From Escherichia coli (lineage in GTDB: Bacteria; Pseudomonadota; Gammaproteobacteria; Enterobacterales; Enterobacteriaceae): a stretch of DNA of 64,000 bases. The notes under the pieces were generated by a model. The model was given only the letters and a program-made list of their open reading frames with translations. It did no database searches and was not told the origin of the DNA. The translations under genes and the position numbers were made by a program. Below are positions 47,833 through 57,489 of the stretch, piece after piece. Position 1 is the stretch's first letter. Every line of letters starts with the position of its first letter. The stretch is taken from the NCBI RefSeq assembly GCF_044324785.1, contig NZ_CP172127.1, one strand, 5' to 3'.

Positions 47833-48888
47833 TTTTAGCTCCTTGAGCGGAATTAATCGATTTGATGACTATTCAGAAAATAATTAAGCGAACCGTTATT
47901 ACCAGTTCCACAATGTGCCATCTTCCAGTCGTGCGACGGGGAGATACGCCGGGTCATACGGATATTTCGCCGCCAGTTTCTCATCGAAAGAAATACCCAG
48001 CCCCGGTTCATCGCCTGGGTGCATATAACCTTCATCGAAGCGCCAGCTATGCGGGAAGACTTCAAGCATTTGTTCGGAATAGCCCATGTACTCCTGAACG
48101 CCAAAGTTTGGCACCCAGAGGTCAAAATGCAGCGCCGCCGCATGACAAACAGGCGATAAATCTGAAGGGCCATGCGAACCGGTACGTACCTGATAAAGCG
48201 ATGCAAAATCGGCAATCCGTCGCATCCCGGTAATGCCGCCTGCATGGGTAATCGTCGTGCGAATATAGTCAATCAGCTGCTCTTCGATTAACTGCTTGCA
48301 GTCCCAGATACTGTTAAACACTTCACCGACCGCAATCGGCGTCACAGTATGCTGGCGAATCAGACGAAAACATTCCTGGTTCTCGGCAGGCGTCGGATCT
48401 TCCATCCAGAACAGGCGGTAATCCTCAATGCTCTTCCCAAAGCGCGCCGCTTCGATAGGAGTCAGGCGATGGTGCATGTCATGCAACAGATGTTCGTTAA
48501 AACCGAACTTATTACGCACCGCTTCGAATAACTTCGGCGTAAAATCGAGATACTTTTCTGAAGACCACAACTGCTCTTCTGGCCACAGGCCTTTGGTTGC
48601 CGGTTCATACGCCAGTCCTTTGCCCTTCGCCAGGCCATAAGTGGTTTGCATACCCGGTACACCACACTGCACACGAATCGCCTTAAAGCCCATCTGCTGG
48701 TGCTTTGCATAGTCTTCAAGGACTTCATCAATCGTACGCCCGGTGGTGTGGCAATAAACCATCACGCCTTCACGAGAAGCACCACCAAGCAGTTGATACA
48801 ATGGCATATTTGCCGCTTTTGCTTTGATATCCCACAACGCCATATCAATGGCAGAAATGGCTGACATCGTGACGGGGCCACGTCGCCA

Positions 48889-48897
48889 GTAAGCACC
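48889..48897. repeat. IS1 target-site duplication (left copy) GTAAGCACC
   Basis: Identical 9 bp at 49666..49674 directly flanking the other IS1 end. Confidence 0.95.
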
Positions 48898-48952
48898 GGT
48901 GATGCTGCCAACTTACTGATTTAGTGTATGATGGTGTTTTTGAGGTGCTCCA

Positions 48953-49228
48953 GTGGCTTCTGTTTCTATCAGCTGTCCCTCCTGTTCAGCTACTGACGGG
49001 GTGGTGCGTAACGGCAAAAGCACCGCCGGACATCAGCGCTATCTCTGCTCTCACTGCCGTAAAACATGGCAACTGCAGTTCACTTACACCGCTTCTCAAC
49101 CCGGTACGCACCAGAAAATCATTGATATGGCCATGAATGGCGTTGGATGCCGGGCAACTGCCCGCATTATGGGCGTTGGCCTCAACACGATTTTACGTCA
49201 CTTAAAAAACTCAGGCCGCAGTCGGTAA
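48953..49228 (+). CDS. insA: IS1 InsA
   Basis: 91 aa [43 protein letters not shown]... zinc-finger/HTH protein. Confidence 0.95.
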
Positions 49229-49650
49229 CCTCGCGCATACAGCCGGGCAGTGACGTCATCGTCTGCGCGGAAATGGACGAACAGTGGGGCTATGTCGGGG
49301 CTAAATCGCGCCAGCGCTGGCTGTTTTACGCGTATGACAGTCTCCGGAAGACGGTTGTTGCGCACGTATTCGGTGAACGCACTATGGCGACGCTGGGGCG
49401 TCTTATGAGCCTGCTGTCACCCTTTGACGTGGTGATATGGATGACGGATGGCTGGCCGCTGTATGAATCCCGCCTGAAGGGAAAGCTGCACGTAATCAGC
49501 AAGCGATATACGCAGCGAATTGAGCGGCATAACCTGAATCTGAGGCAGCACCTGGCACGGCTGGGACGGAAGTCGCTGTCGTTTTCAAAATCGGTGGAGC
49601 TGCATGACAAAGTCATCGGGCATTATCTGAACATAAAACACTATCAATAA
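49147..49650 (+). CDS. insB: IS1 InsB frame (expressed as InsAB' transposase by -1 frameshift)
   Basis: 167 aa ORF overlapping insA 3' end; A6C slippery motif TTAAAAAACTC at about 49198. Confidence 0.93.
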
Positions 49651-49665
49651 GTTGGAGTCATTACC

Positions 49666-49674
49666 GTAAGCACC
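49666..49674. repeat. IS1 target-site duplication (right copy) GTAAGCACC
   Basis: Matches 48889..48897. Confidence 0.95.
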
Positions 49675-50269
49675 TTTATAAAAGAATTGCCAGATATCTT
49701 CGATACGGCTGGCATCGCGGCCAATTAATTGTGGACAAAGATGATCTTTCAGATAAGAAGCGACCGACAATTCGCGCCCATTTAACGTGGCATCTCCTAA
49801 TCCACAAAGTCCGCTTTCAGTGGTTATTTTAAGCGTAACGAAATTACGTCCTGGGCAAGTAACAAAAACATCTGCAGCAATAATTTTCATTATTGCAATC
49901 TCCTGTGTTGTAAATAGACGCTTCAAACTTAATTTTACGCCTACTACCATACAAGAGAGAAAGAGCGATTATTCAACCGTGATCACATTAAAAACAAAAA
50001 TTCCCACCGAGGAACAAGAATATCCTCAAATTTCATCCACACTATTAATTACTATTGTTAAAACAACACGTTAAATAATCACATAACAAATTCCTCTAAG
50101 GAAGAGAGTCATAACAATAACAAATGATAATCATATTTTACTTAATTCAATACGTATCGATATGTTTATTTTAAAAAGATTTTTCGGAATGAGAGATGAA
50201 AAGAAGATACACAAACAGGAAGAAATACGATTAATATTGGTCGCGGTAAGGGTAGCCGTTCCTCCCTTC

Positions 50270-50376
50270 CGCAACCCATTAACCCTTGAAGTCACAGTCT
50301 ATTTCAGGCATTTCTCAACTCAAAATAACGAAGGCCAATGTGAACTTTGTGGCTCTCCAGGATCCGCTTTGTTTTC
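50270..50376 (+). ncRNA. degenerate oxyS-like sequence (pseudo-oxyS, 3' two-thirds incl. terminator hairpin)
   Basis: AACCCTTGAAGTCAC...TTTCTCAACTC.AAATAAC.AAGGCCAATGTGAACTTTGTGGCTCTCCAGGATCCGCTTTGTTTT aligns to oxyS 46410..46509 at roughly 80 percent identity. Confidence 0.7.
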
Positions 50377-50378
50377 CA

Positions 50379-51857
50379 TCAAACAACGGAACTCAGCGCA
50401 CTGGCAACCTGTTTAAAGCGAGCAAACCGTCGCCTGAGCATGTGTGCTTTTTCTACATTCGGTTCAAGACGAATCACGTTGAGATGCGTGGCCTTCATGG
50501 CCTGTTTGAATCCAGAATAAGCCCCTCCTCCTACTGCCGCACACATTGCAGCCGCTCTACAACCTGACTGTTCAATATCGACAATTTCAAGAGGCATGTT
50601 GCTGGCATCACAAAACATCTGCATCCAGATTCTGGAATGCGTTGGCCCGCCAGAGAAACGAATCGTTTGCAATGACTTATCAATCTCAATAAGACGGTCC
50701 TGATGCAACAAATGAGAAAAGACAATGCCCTGATAAATCGCGTACACCAAATCTTCTCTTTTATGATGCCCACACAGCCCCAAAAATCCCCCGCTTAATG
50801 CCTCATGGTAATTCGAGCCAAACAACCACGGGAAAAAGAGAATATCATTCTGCTTCTCATACCCTCGTTCCACCCACTCATTAATCACCCGATAGCTGTC
50901 AGGAAGATCCGGTAAAAATTGCTGCAAGAACCATGTCAAATTACTGGCTGATGTAGGGCTTCCCTCATGGGCGAAAAATGTACCTGGAATGCTAAATTTC
51001 CCCCATACATAGGGATAATCAGAAGGAATAATGCGATCAAAGATACGCGTTGCAATTGACCAGGTGCCAGCAACCGCACTTAACGTTGTACTGTCATAGA
51101 TGCCAGAAGTGAGCGCCGCACCAACGACATCAAAAACACCACCAAAAACAGGCGTTCCGGCGAGAAGCCCACATTGGCTGGCTGCTTCAGATGTCACAAC
51201 CCCTGCTAAATCAGCGGAGCCAATAATATCGGGAACCTTACCCGCAACTTCCTTAATCTCAAATAGGCGAAAAAGTTCAGCATCATAAGCACTGGTATAT
51301 TGATTATAAAAATTACTGCCTGAAATATTGGTTTCTTCACAAGCCAGTTTGCCAGTAAGCCGTGAACGTATGTAATCATGAACCATCAAAATGGTTCCGA
51401 TGCGGCCATAATTGTCAGTCTCATGTTTTTTCAACCAATGCAATAGTGCTACAGGGTGCGATGGCCAGAGCTGTTGCAGACTACGGTGATAGCTTTCGCG
51501 GTCAATTCCTTGTTCTTTCCAGCTTGCAACCAGTTGTTGTGCGCGAGAATCAGAGGAAACAATGCCGTATCGTAAGGGCTTACCTTGCCGGTCGAGCAGG
51601 TACAAACCTTTACCATGAGCAGAAAAACTGATGCCATCAATCTGACTCGCAGTAATATTGTTCTCTGACATCGACAGTGAAATGACCTGGCACGTTACCT
51701 TCCATAACGCCTCCATGTCGCGTTCGCAAAAACCAGGACATGGGCTTAACAGAGGTAACACTTGCGAAGAGACACCTATTTCACGTCCTTCTGCCGTATA
51801 AATTCCCGCTTTGGTTTCTGTACCACCTAAATCGACACCAATAAAATACCGCTCCAT
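50379..51857 (-). CDS. FGGY-family carbohydrate kinase, L-xylulokinase (LyxK/SgbK)-like
   Basis: 492 aa; N-terminal GVDLGGT, conserved HEGSPTSASNLTWF, FFPWLFGSN, GGPTHSRIWMQMF blocks resembling E. coli LyxK. Confidence 0.85.
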   Translation of the reverse strand: MERYFIGVDLGGTETKAGIYTAEGREIGVSSQVLPLLSPCPGFCERDMEALWKVTCQVISLSMSENNITASQIDGISFSAHGKGLYLLDRQGKPLRYGIVSSDSRAQQLVASWKEQGIDRESYHRSLQQLWPSHPVALLHWLKKHETDNYGRIGTILMVHDYIRSRLTGKLACEETNISGSNFYNQYTSAYDAELFRLFEIKEVAGKVPDIIGSADLAGVVTSEAASQCGLLAGTPVFGGVFDVVGAALTSGIYDSTTLSAVAGTWSIATRIFDRIIPSDYPYVWGKFSIPGTFFAHEGSPTSASNLTWFLQQFLPDLPDSYRVINEWVERGYEKQNDILFFPWLFGSNYHEALSGGFLGLCGHHKREDLVYAIYQGIVFSHLLHQDRLIEIDKSLQTIRFSGGPTHSRIWMQMFCDASNMPLEIVDIEQSGCRAAAMCAAVGGGAYSGFKQAMKATHLNVIRLEPNVEKAHMLRRRFARFKQVASALSSVV

Positions 51858-51873
51858 GATCCCTCCTTAGTTT

Positions 51874-52737
51874 CTAAATATTATCCCAGCCGGCAAGGCG
51901 CATTTTCTCTTCAATCCATTGACGTGCATGAATAATTTCTAATAGAGGTTCCGTCGCTTTTTCTGTCCACATTTCTATCAGAAACGTTCCGCGATAATTA
52001 AGATTACGCAGAATCTTAAATAATTTAATAAAATCTACACACCCTTCACCAAAAGGAACGTCACGAAATTGCCCTGGAGAATCAGGCGTTACTGGGTACG
52101 TATCTTTAAGATGGATTGCGGCAATTCGATCAATCCCCTTTACCAGCTCACTTTCCAGTTCATTACCCCATGCGGTCAGATTGCCAACATCCGGATAAAC
52201 GGTAAACCAAGGGGAATTAATTTTTGTATCCAGGACTTTCCATTTACTAATAGAATTAATAAATGGCGTATCCATGATTTCTACAGCACACATAACTTGT
52301 GCCGCTGCGGCCTGTTCAGCTGTCCAGGCCATCGCATCTTCAAACCAGGCGATAGTTTCTTCATTCTGCGGCTCATAATAAACGTCATAGCCTGCCAGTT
52401 GGATTGTTCGAATCCCCAAATCCTGCGCCAGGCGTAACGCCTTCAACATAATCGTACGCGCCTGCTGACGAGTATCTCTATCATGGCTACCAAATGGAAA
52501 ACGCCGGTGAGCAGACAGGCACATTGTCGGAATACGGATCCCCGTTTGCTGAATGGCGCTAATAAGCTCCATACGCTCGGTGAGCGACCAGTCCAGGCGG
52601 GCGAGTCGTTCATCATTCTCATCTACCGACATCTCAACAAAATCAAAACCGCAAGATTTAGCCAGGGCTAGTTTCTCTACCCAACTGGTATTCCTGGGTA
52701 GCGCTTTTTCATAAATACCTAACGGGTGGCGTCGCAT
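51874..52737 (-). CDS. L-ribulose-5-phosphate 3-epimerase (UlaE/SgbU family, TIM-barrel)
   Basis: 287 aa; PLGIYEKALP...GFDFVEMSVDE.DERL.RLDWS...MCLSAHRRFP.GS...IQLAGYDVYY motifs nearly colinear with UlaE. Confidence 0.88.
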   Translation of the reverse strand: MRRHPLGIYEKALPRNTSWVEKLALAKSCGFDFVEMSVDENDERLARLDWSLTERMELISAIQQTGIRIPTMCLSAHRRFPFGSHDRDTRQQARTIMLKALRLAQDLGIRTIQLAGYDVYYEPQNEETIAWFEDAMAWTAEQAAAAQVMCAVEIMDTPFINSISKWKVLDTKINSPWFTVYPDVGNLTAWGNELESELVKGIDRIAAIHLKDTYPVTPDSPGQFRDVPFGEGCVDFIKLFKILRNLNYRGTFLIEMWTEKATEPLLEIIHARQWIEEKMRLAGWDNI

Positions 52738-53783
52738 TATTTTCCCTCACGAGTGATCAATTGTTGTTGAAAGATTTTCCGGCTCTTATTCATGTCACGC
52801 TGCAACTGCCATTTTTGTTTGATGAATTTAAATGCCAATGCGGCGATCAATGTGATCCCCCATACCGCCAGATTGAAATGCAAACTAATTCCCAACAGAC
52901 TAAGGCCGGTAGCAATAACCTGAAGCACAAGTAAGGCACAAAAAACATGACTGACTTTACCCGCCCCACCGAATGGATCTGTGCCTCCCAATACAATTGC
53001 AAGAACCGTCAAGAGCAAATAGGAATCGCCATAGCCCATACGCGCCGAATTAAATCGCGCGAGCATAATAAGACCTGCTAATACACACAACATGCTGGAT
53101 ATAGCATATATAGCAATTAATACGCGGTCGGTGCGAATACCGCTAAACCATGTGGCGTTAATATTACTGCCACACATATAAATCGTTTTTCCCGTACGGG
53201 TTTTGCCGAGGAACAGAGCTAAAGCAACGGTGGTGACGATAAAAATCATCATCGGTACTGGGATCCCCATGATAACTTCAGACCCAATACTGCGGACTAC
53301 TGGTGGCATACCACTTAAAGCTGCCCCCTTAGTCAGGTAAATACCGATACCACTAATAATGGTCATGCTACCCAATGTGACCAAAATAGGGTGAGCGCCT
53401 ATATGAGAAATAATTAACCCAGTAATAGCTCCAATGATGATGGCAATAAGCATCGCCCCGACAATAGCCAGGAAGAGCCAAAACAACTGGCTACCTGTAG
53501 ATGCATCTGCGGGTACATATTGAATCAACACCCAGGCCATAAACAGGCTGGTCAGATTCGCAGTACCGATGATTGCCAGATTAAGCCCCCCGCTCAACAT
53601 CGGTATAAACATCGCAAACGTGAGCAACCCAAGCTCTGGCAATTGAAATGCAATGCTCAGAAAAGTATTGTCGGTGAAAAAACGCCCCGGCATTGCCAGA
53701 CTAAATAACACCACCGCAATAAAACATATTGATAATAAGCCTGAACTGGTACCATCTAGTGGAAAAAATATCCGCTTGTTCAT
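52737..53783 (-). CDS. sugar ABC transporter permease (RbsC/YjfF-like)
   Basis: Polytopic membrane protein; start taken at MNKRIFF (ORF extends to 53813, overlapping upstream permease). Confidence 0.8.
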   Translation of the reverse strand: MNKRIFFPLDGTSSGLLSICFIAVVLFSLAMPGRFFTDNTFLSIAFQLPELGLLTFAMFIPMLSGGLNLAIIGTANLTSLFMAWVLIQYVPADASTGSQLFWLFLAIVGAMLIAIIIGAITGLIISHIGAHPILVTLGSMTIISGIGIYLTKGAALSGMPPVVRSIGSEVIMGIPVPMMIFIVTTVALALFLGKTRTGKTIYMCGSNINATWFSGIRTDRVLIAIYAISSMLCVLAGLIMLARFNSARMGYGDSYLLLTVLAIVLGGTDPFGGAGKVSHVFCALLVLQVIATGLSLLGISLHFNLAVWGITLIAALAFKFIKQKWQLQRDMNKSRKIFQQQLITREGK

Positions 53784-53796
53784 TTCGATCCTCCCG

Positions 53797-54789
53797 TTAG
53801 ACGAAACCAACATCAGTTTCTTTACGCTTTTTGTAATGGGTCACACAAATCGCCGAGACAATAACCACCCCAATAACGATATTGACGAAATAACTCGAGA
53901 CACCAATCAAATTAAGGCCGTTTTTAAGAATACCGATAAGAAATACGCCCATAAGCGTACCAATGACCGTACCACGTCCGCCTGATAAACTGGCACCGCC
54001 CAATACCGCTGCAGCCAGCACATCCAACTCTCCGCCAACCAATGCATTCGGCACAACTTCACTCATACGGTAAGCTTGCAGCATTCCACCAATTGCTGCA
54101 GCGGCACCAAGATAACCGTAAGCAAACAGATAAATTAGCGACACCCGAATCCCAATACGTCTTGCTGATTCGGTATTCCCTCCCACGGCATAAAGCTGAC
54201 GCCCAATATGGGTTTTGTTCATTATCACCCACGTCAGAAATGCCATTCCCAGCATAACCACTAACGGTAATCCGATCTGGTAATCTTCTCCGCCAAATTC
54301 AAAACTCAGGAAAGAACGCTGCGTAATCCACCAATCCGGTAAATCGTAAATACTGTGACCATTAGTCAACCACATCAACATACCGAACAGTAACGACTGC
54401 ATACTAATCGTAATGATGATAGAAACGACATTAAGGTAATAAATAAGAATAGCGTTTATCAAACCAAAAATGATGCCAAAAAAAACAGCAAACACCAGGC
54501 AGAAAAATGGATTTGATAGCGTTTCATTAAGCAGTAACGACGCCACAACATATTGCACAACCGAAGCTACTGCTGCAAAAGAGATATCAATTCCGCCAGT
54601 AACCAATACGACAAATAATCCGAGGGCGAAAATACCCGTTACGGCATAACTCTCCGAGAGATCGAGCAAGTTCTGTATTGATAAAAACTCATCGCTCATG
54701 ATGGAAAAAAATACCAGCATGAGAACAATGACCCATCCTAACCAAGCTTCGACTGAACGAGGAAACCGCAGCCGCATAAAGCTAACCAT
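53797..54789 (-). CDS. sugar ABC transporter permease (RbsC/YtfT-like)
   Basis: 330 aa polytopic membrane protein; start overlaps ATPase stop. Confidence 0.8.
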   Translation of the reverse strand: MVSFMRLRFPRSVEAWLGWVIVLMLVFFSIMSDEFLSIQNLLDLSESYAVTGIFALGLFVVLVTGGIDISFAAVASVVQYVVASLLLNETLSNPFFCLVFAVFFGIIFGLINAILIYYLNVVSIIITISMQSLLFGMLMWLTNGHSIYDLPDWWITQRSFLSFEFGGEDYQIGLPLVVMLGMAFLTWVIMNKTHIGRQLYAVGGNTESARRIGIRVSLIYLFAYGYLGAAAAIGGMLQAYRMSEVVPNALVGGELDVLAAAVLGGASLSGGRGTVIGTLMGVFLIGILKNGLNLIGVSSYFVNIVIGVVIVSAICVTHYKKRKETDVGFV

Positions 54790-56299
54790 TAATCACCTCC
54801 GCCAACTGCTGCTCGGTATAATTCGAAGGCAACAGCTCATGAATAATCTTTCCGCGCTTCATATGAAAAATACGATCGCAGTTATAATAAGCTTCTGGTG
54901 CTTCATCAGTAATTAATATCACTGAAATACCCACACCTGAAAGCCGATGAATAAGCTGGTAAATACTATCTTTTGCGCCAATATCTACACCTACCGTTGG
55001 CGCATCCAGAATTAAAACCTTAGGTCGTGTTAAAATCCATTTAGCCAGGACAACCTTTTGTTGATTGCCACCAGATAGCGTTGAAAGTGGATTATTTGGA
55101 TCGGTGACCTTAATATCCAAATCCTGGATCCACTCCTTGACTAAGGTTTCTTTTCGATTTTCATCAATAAACCCCGATGGCGTCTTTAAACGATCCAGAA
55201 TCGAGAGCACCATATTATCGCTGATAGATTGGGGTAATACGGCCCCCAGTGTCAGGCGATCTTCTGAAACATATGCTATTCCCAGTTTTACCGCATGCGT
55301 GTTGTCTTTAATTGTAACGGGCTTACCTTCAAGATAAATATCACCACTATCTGCTCGAGTAATACCGAAAAGACTCAATGCTAATTCGGTTCTCCCCGCA
55401 CCAAGTAAACCACACAATCCCAGAACCTCGCCTTGGTGTAGTTTTAGAGATACATCTTCAAATTGCCCTTTTCTGCATAATTTTTTTAGTTCAAGAACTA
55501 CTTTACCTTCAACGCTATTTGGTAGTTTTTTCTGGTGGACTATAGTTTTTCCGGTCATTAACTCAGTAATATCGCCTGGAGAAAGTTGATTGGCAGCCCA
55601 CGTTCCAATTATCTCTCCATCACGGATGACCGTAATTCGGTCTGAGATTTCCTTAACTTCATCAAGGCGGTGGCTAACAAAAACTACGGTAATATTTTTA
55701 TCGCGTAAGTAATTCACTGTGCGTAGTAATTGATTAACTTCAGTGCGCGTCAATGACGCCGTTGGCTCGTCCATGATGACTAACCGGGCATCGGCAATCA
55801 GAGCCCGGCAAATAGCGACCTGTTGGCGTTGTGCAATCGGCAAATGTTGTACTAACGCATCAGGATCGAGATTGAATTCCAGTTCCTGAATTATTTTCTG
55901 TGATACATCTCGAAGTTGTTTTTTTCTGTGCAGCCCTAAATATCCCTTCAGGTTGTATTCAAAAGCGATATTTTCAGCCACAGAAAGATTTGGGAATAAA
56001 GAAAGATCCTGATATATCACCTGAATACCCAGTTCCCGAGCTTTATCAGGAGAAAGACGAGTCCAGGACTTACCATCTATAATAATTTCACTTCCCGAAT
56101 CAGGAACATAAACACCACACAGCGTTTTGATCAGAGTACTTTTACCACACCCATTCGCACCAGCAAGACAATGAACCTCACCTTTATTTAAGGTAAGATT
56201 GATATTTTTTAGAGCCCTATGGCCACCGAAACTTTTCGTTAGTGACCTTAGCGTCACTAATGGTTGCTCCGCATTCTTCTCTATAATATGAGGCATCAT
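54782..56299 (-). CDS. sugar ABC transporter ATP-binding protein (duplicated NBD, RbsA/YtfR-like)
   Basis: 505 aa; Walker A GANGCGKST in first NBD, LSGG signature in the second (LSGGNQQK), two NBDs. Confidence 0.88.
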   Translation of the reverse strand: MMPHIIEKNAEQPLVTLRSLTKSFGGHRALKNINLTLNKGEVHCLAGANGCGKSTLIKTLCGVYVPDSGSEIIIDGKSWTRLSPDKARELGIQVIYQDLSLFPNLSVAENIAFEYNLKGYLGLHRKKQLRDVSQKIIQELEFNLDPDALVQHLPIAQRQQVAICRALIADARLVIMDEPTASLTRTEVNQLLRTVNYLRDKNITVVFVSHRLDEVKEISDRITVIRDGEIIGTWAANQLSPGDITELMTGKTIVHQKKLPNSVEGKVVLELKKLCRKGQFEDVSLKLHQGEVLGLCGLLGAGRTELALSLFGITRADSGDIYLEGKPVTIKDNTHAVKLGIAYVSEDRLTLGAVLPQSISDNMVLSILDRLKTPSGFIDENRKETLVKEWIQDLDIKVTDPNNPLSTLSGGNQQKVVLAKWILTRPKVLILDAPTVGVDIGAKDSIYQLIHRLSGVGISVILITDEAPEAYYNCDRIFHMKRGKIIHELLPSNYTEQQLAEVING

Positions 56300-56362
56300 A
56301 ATATTCCTGAATACGACTAAAGGAATTCCGGGTCAAATTTGACCCGGTGATTTACGGTAAAA

Positions 56363-57367
56363 TTACAAGCCTAACTTCACTAAATGTCGTGTATTTTCAA
56401 GATCGAGCTTTTCTGGATTATCACTATAAATAGTGTTGTTATTAACCTTGATCTCGCCCATATCACCGATTTTTACACCGTCTTTAATAGGTTCACCGTT
56501 CATCATTGCCGTCGCAACCTGGACAAAAACCTTACCCGCAATCATAGGGTTTGAAATATATCCCCCATCAATGGCGCCTTTTTCGAGTAGCTTAATTCCC
56601 TGACCTGGAGTGAAGGTTCCAAAAACGCAAATTGCGTCATTTTTCTTCCGCTTATCAATAGCACGCCCCGCACCAATTGGTCCTTGTGAACCAAATGACA
56701 TAATGCCTTTAAGATCTTTATATTTAGACATTAAATCGTTCGTCGTGCGCATTGAATCATCCACCGATTCAGCAACACCAAAACGATCTTCAACCAACGT
56801 CATATTTGGATAATGTTCTTTTTGATAAGCAATCGCGGCATTGGCCCAGTCATTTACCAAAGGCACGGTCAGACTGCCGACAAACATGGCGTATTTACCT
56901 TCTTCGCCCATGCACTTCGCCATATCTTTCATATGATTGGCACCCATTGTCTGGGTATTTAACAACTCAAAATCCCAATCTGCATTTTTTTGATCTGGTG
57001 ATTCGTGGGTAATAACTTTAATACCGGCTTCTTGTGCACGCTTAAGTACAGGTTCAAGAACCTTTGCATCGTTAGGAACAACCCCAATAACATCCACTTT
57101 TCGTGCAATTAAATCTTCAATCGCCCGAACCTGTTCAGCTGGATCTGCCGTTGTAGGGCCGACCTGCCATGCATCAACCCCCAATAGTTTTCCTTCATCT
57201 TTAATGCCTTGTTCCATCACATTAAACCAGGGAATGCCACCGACTTTTACTACTACCCCCATCGTAAAAGGTTTATTCGCTTTTTGTGATGTTACAGTCT
57301 GATCAGCCCATGCAGCAGTGGAAGATAATACGGTAGCAATAAGGCAGGGTAAGATTAATTTTTTCAT
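56363..57367 (-). CDS. periplasmic sugar-binding protein (PBP type I, RbsB/YtfQ-like)
   Basis: 334 aa; signal peptide MKKLILPCLIATVLSSTAAWA; first gene of ABC operon. Confidence 0.82.
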   Translation of the reverse strand: MKKLILPCLIATVLSSTAAWADQTVTSQKANKPFTMGVVVKVGGIPWFNVMEQGIKDEGKLLGVDAWQVGPTTADPAEQVRAIEDLIARKVDVIGVVPNDAKVLEPVLKRAQEAGIKVITHESPDQKNADWDFELLNTQTMGANHMKDMAKCMGEEGKYAMFVGSLTVPLVNDWANAAIAYQKEHYPNMTLVEDRFGVAESVDDSMRTTNDLMSKYKDLKGIMSFGSQGPIGAGRAIDKRKKNDAICVFGTFTPGQGIKLLEKGAIDGGYISNPMIAGKVFVQVATAMMNGEPIKDGVKIGDMGEIKVNNNTIYSDNPEKLDLENTRHLVKLGL

Positions 57368-57390
57368 CGTAATTTCCTTAAGAAATAGTT

Positions 57391-57430
57391 CAGGTGTCAG
57401 GAAAACTCGATATAATATCGACCTGACTAT
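57391..57430. promoter_or_regulatory. palindromic candidate operator/promoter upstream of ABC operon
   Basis: Perfect 15-bp palindrome TCGATATAATATCGA flanked by GTCAGG / CCTGAC half-sites, 30-70 bp upstream of SBP start; contains TATAAT. Confidence 0.4.
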
Positions 57431-57489
57431 TTATATAATTTATAATCCCTTAGGCATTGATTAATAATTTAGACAATAAATAATGCCTA

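Larger units (their letters stand above)
48898..49665 (+). mobile_element. IS1 insertion sequence (768 bp, complete)
   Basis: Ends GGTGATGCTGCCAACTTACTGAT ... CAATAAGTTGGAGTCATTACC; contains insA and insB frames and the A6C frameshift site; flanked by 9-bp direct repeat. Confidence 0.97.
47899..49890 (-). pseudogene. RspA/ManD-family (enolase superfamily) sugar-acid dehydratase, interrupted by IS1
   Basis: N-part [27 protein letters not shown]...YKGAY (49890 down to 49666) and C-part ...[36 protein letters not shown]... (48897 down to 47899) are contiguous once IS1 and one TSD copy are removed. Confidence 0.9.

Noticed and set aside
50162-50567. Small ORFs (84 aa at 50162..50416; 93 aa at 50286..50567) over the pseudo-oxyS and kinase 3' end
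   Set aside because: They overlap the oxyS-like non-coding sequence and the antisense of the kinase gene; no RBS and no family resemblance. The oxyS homology explains this stretch better.
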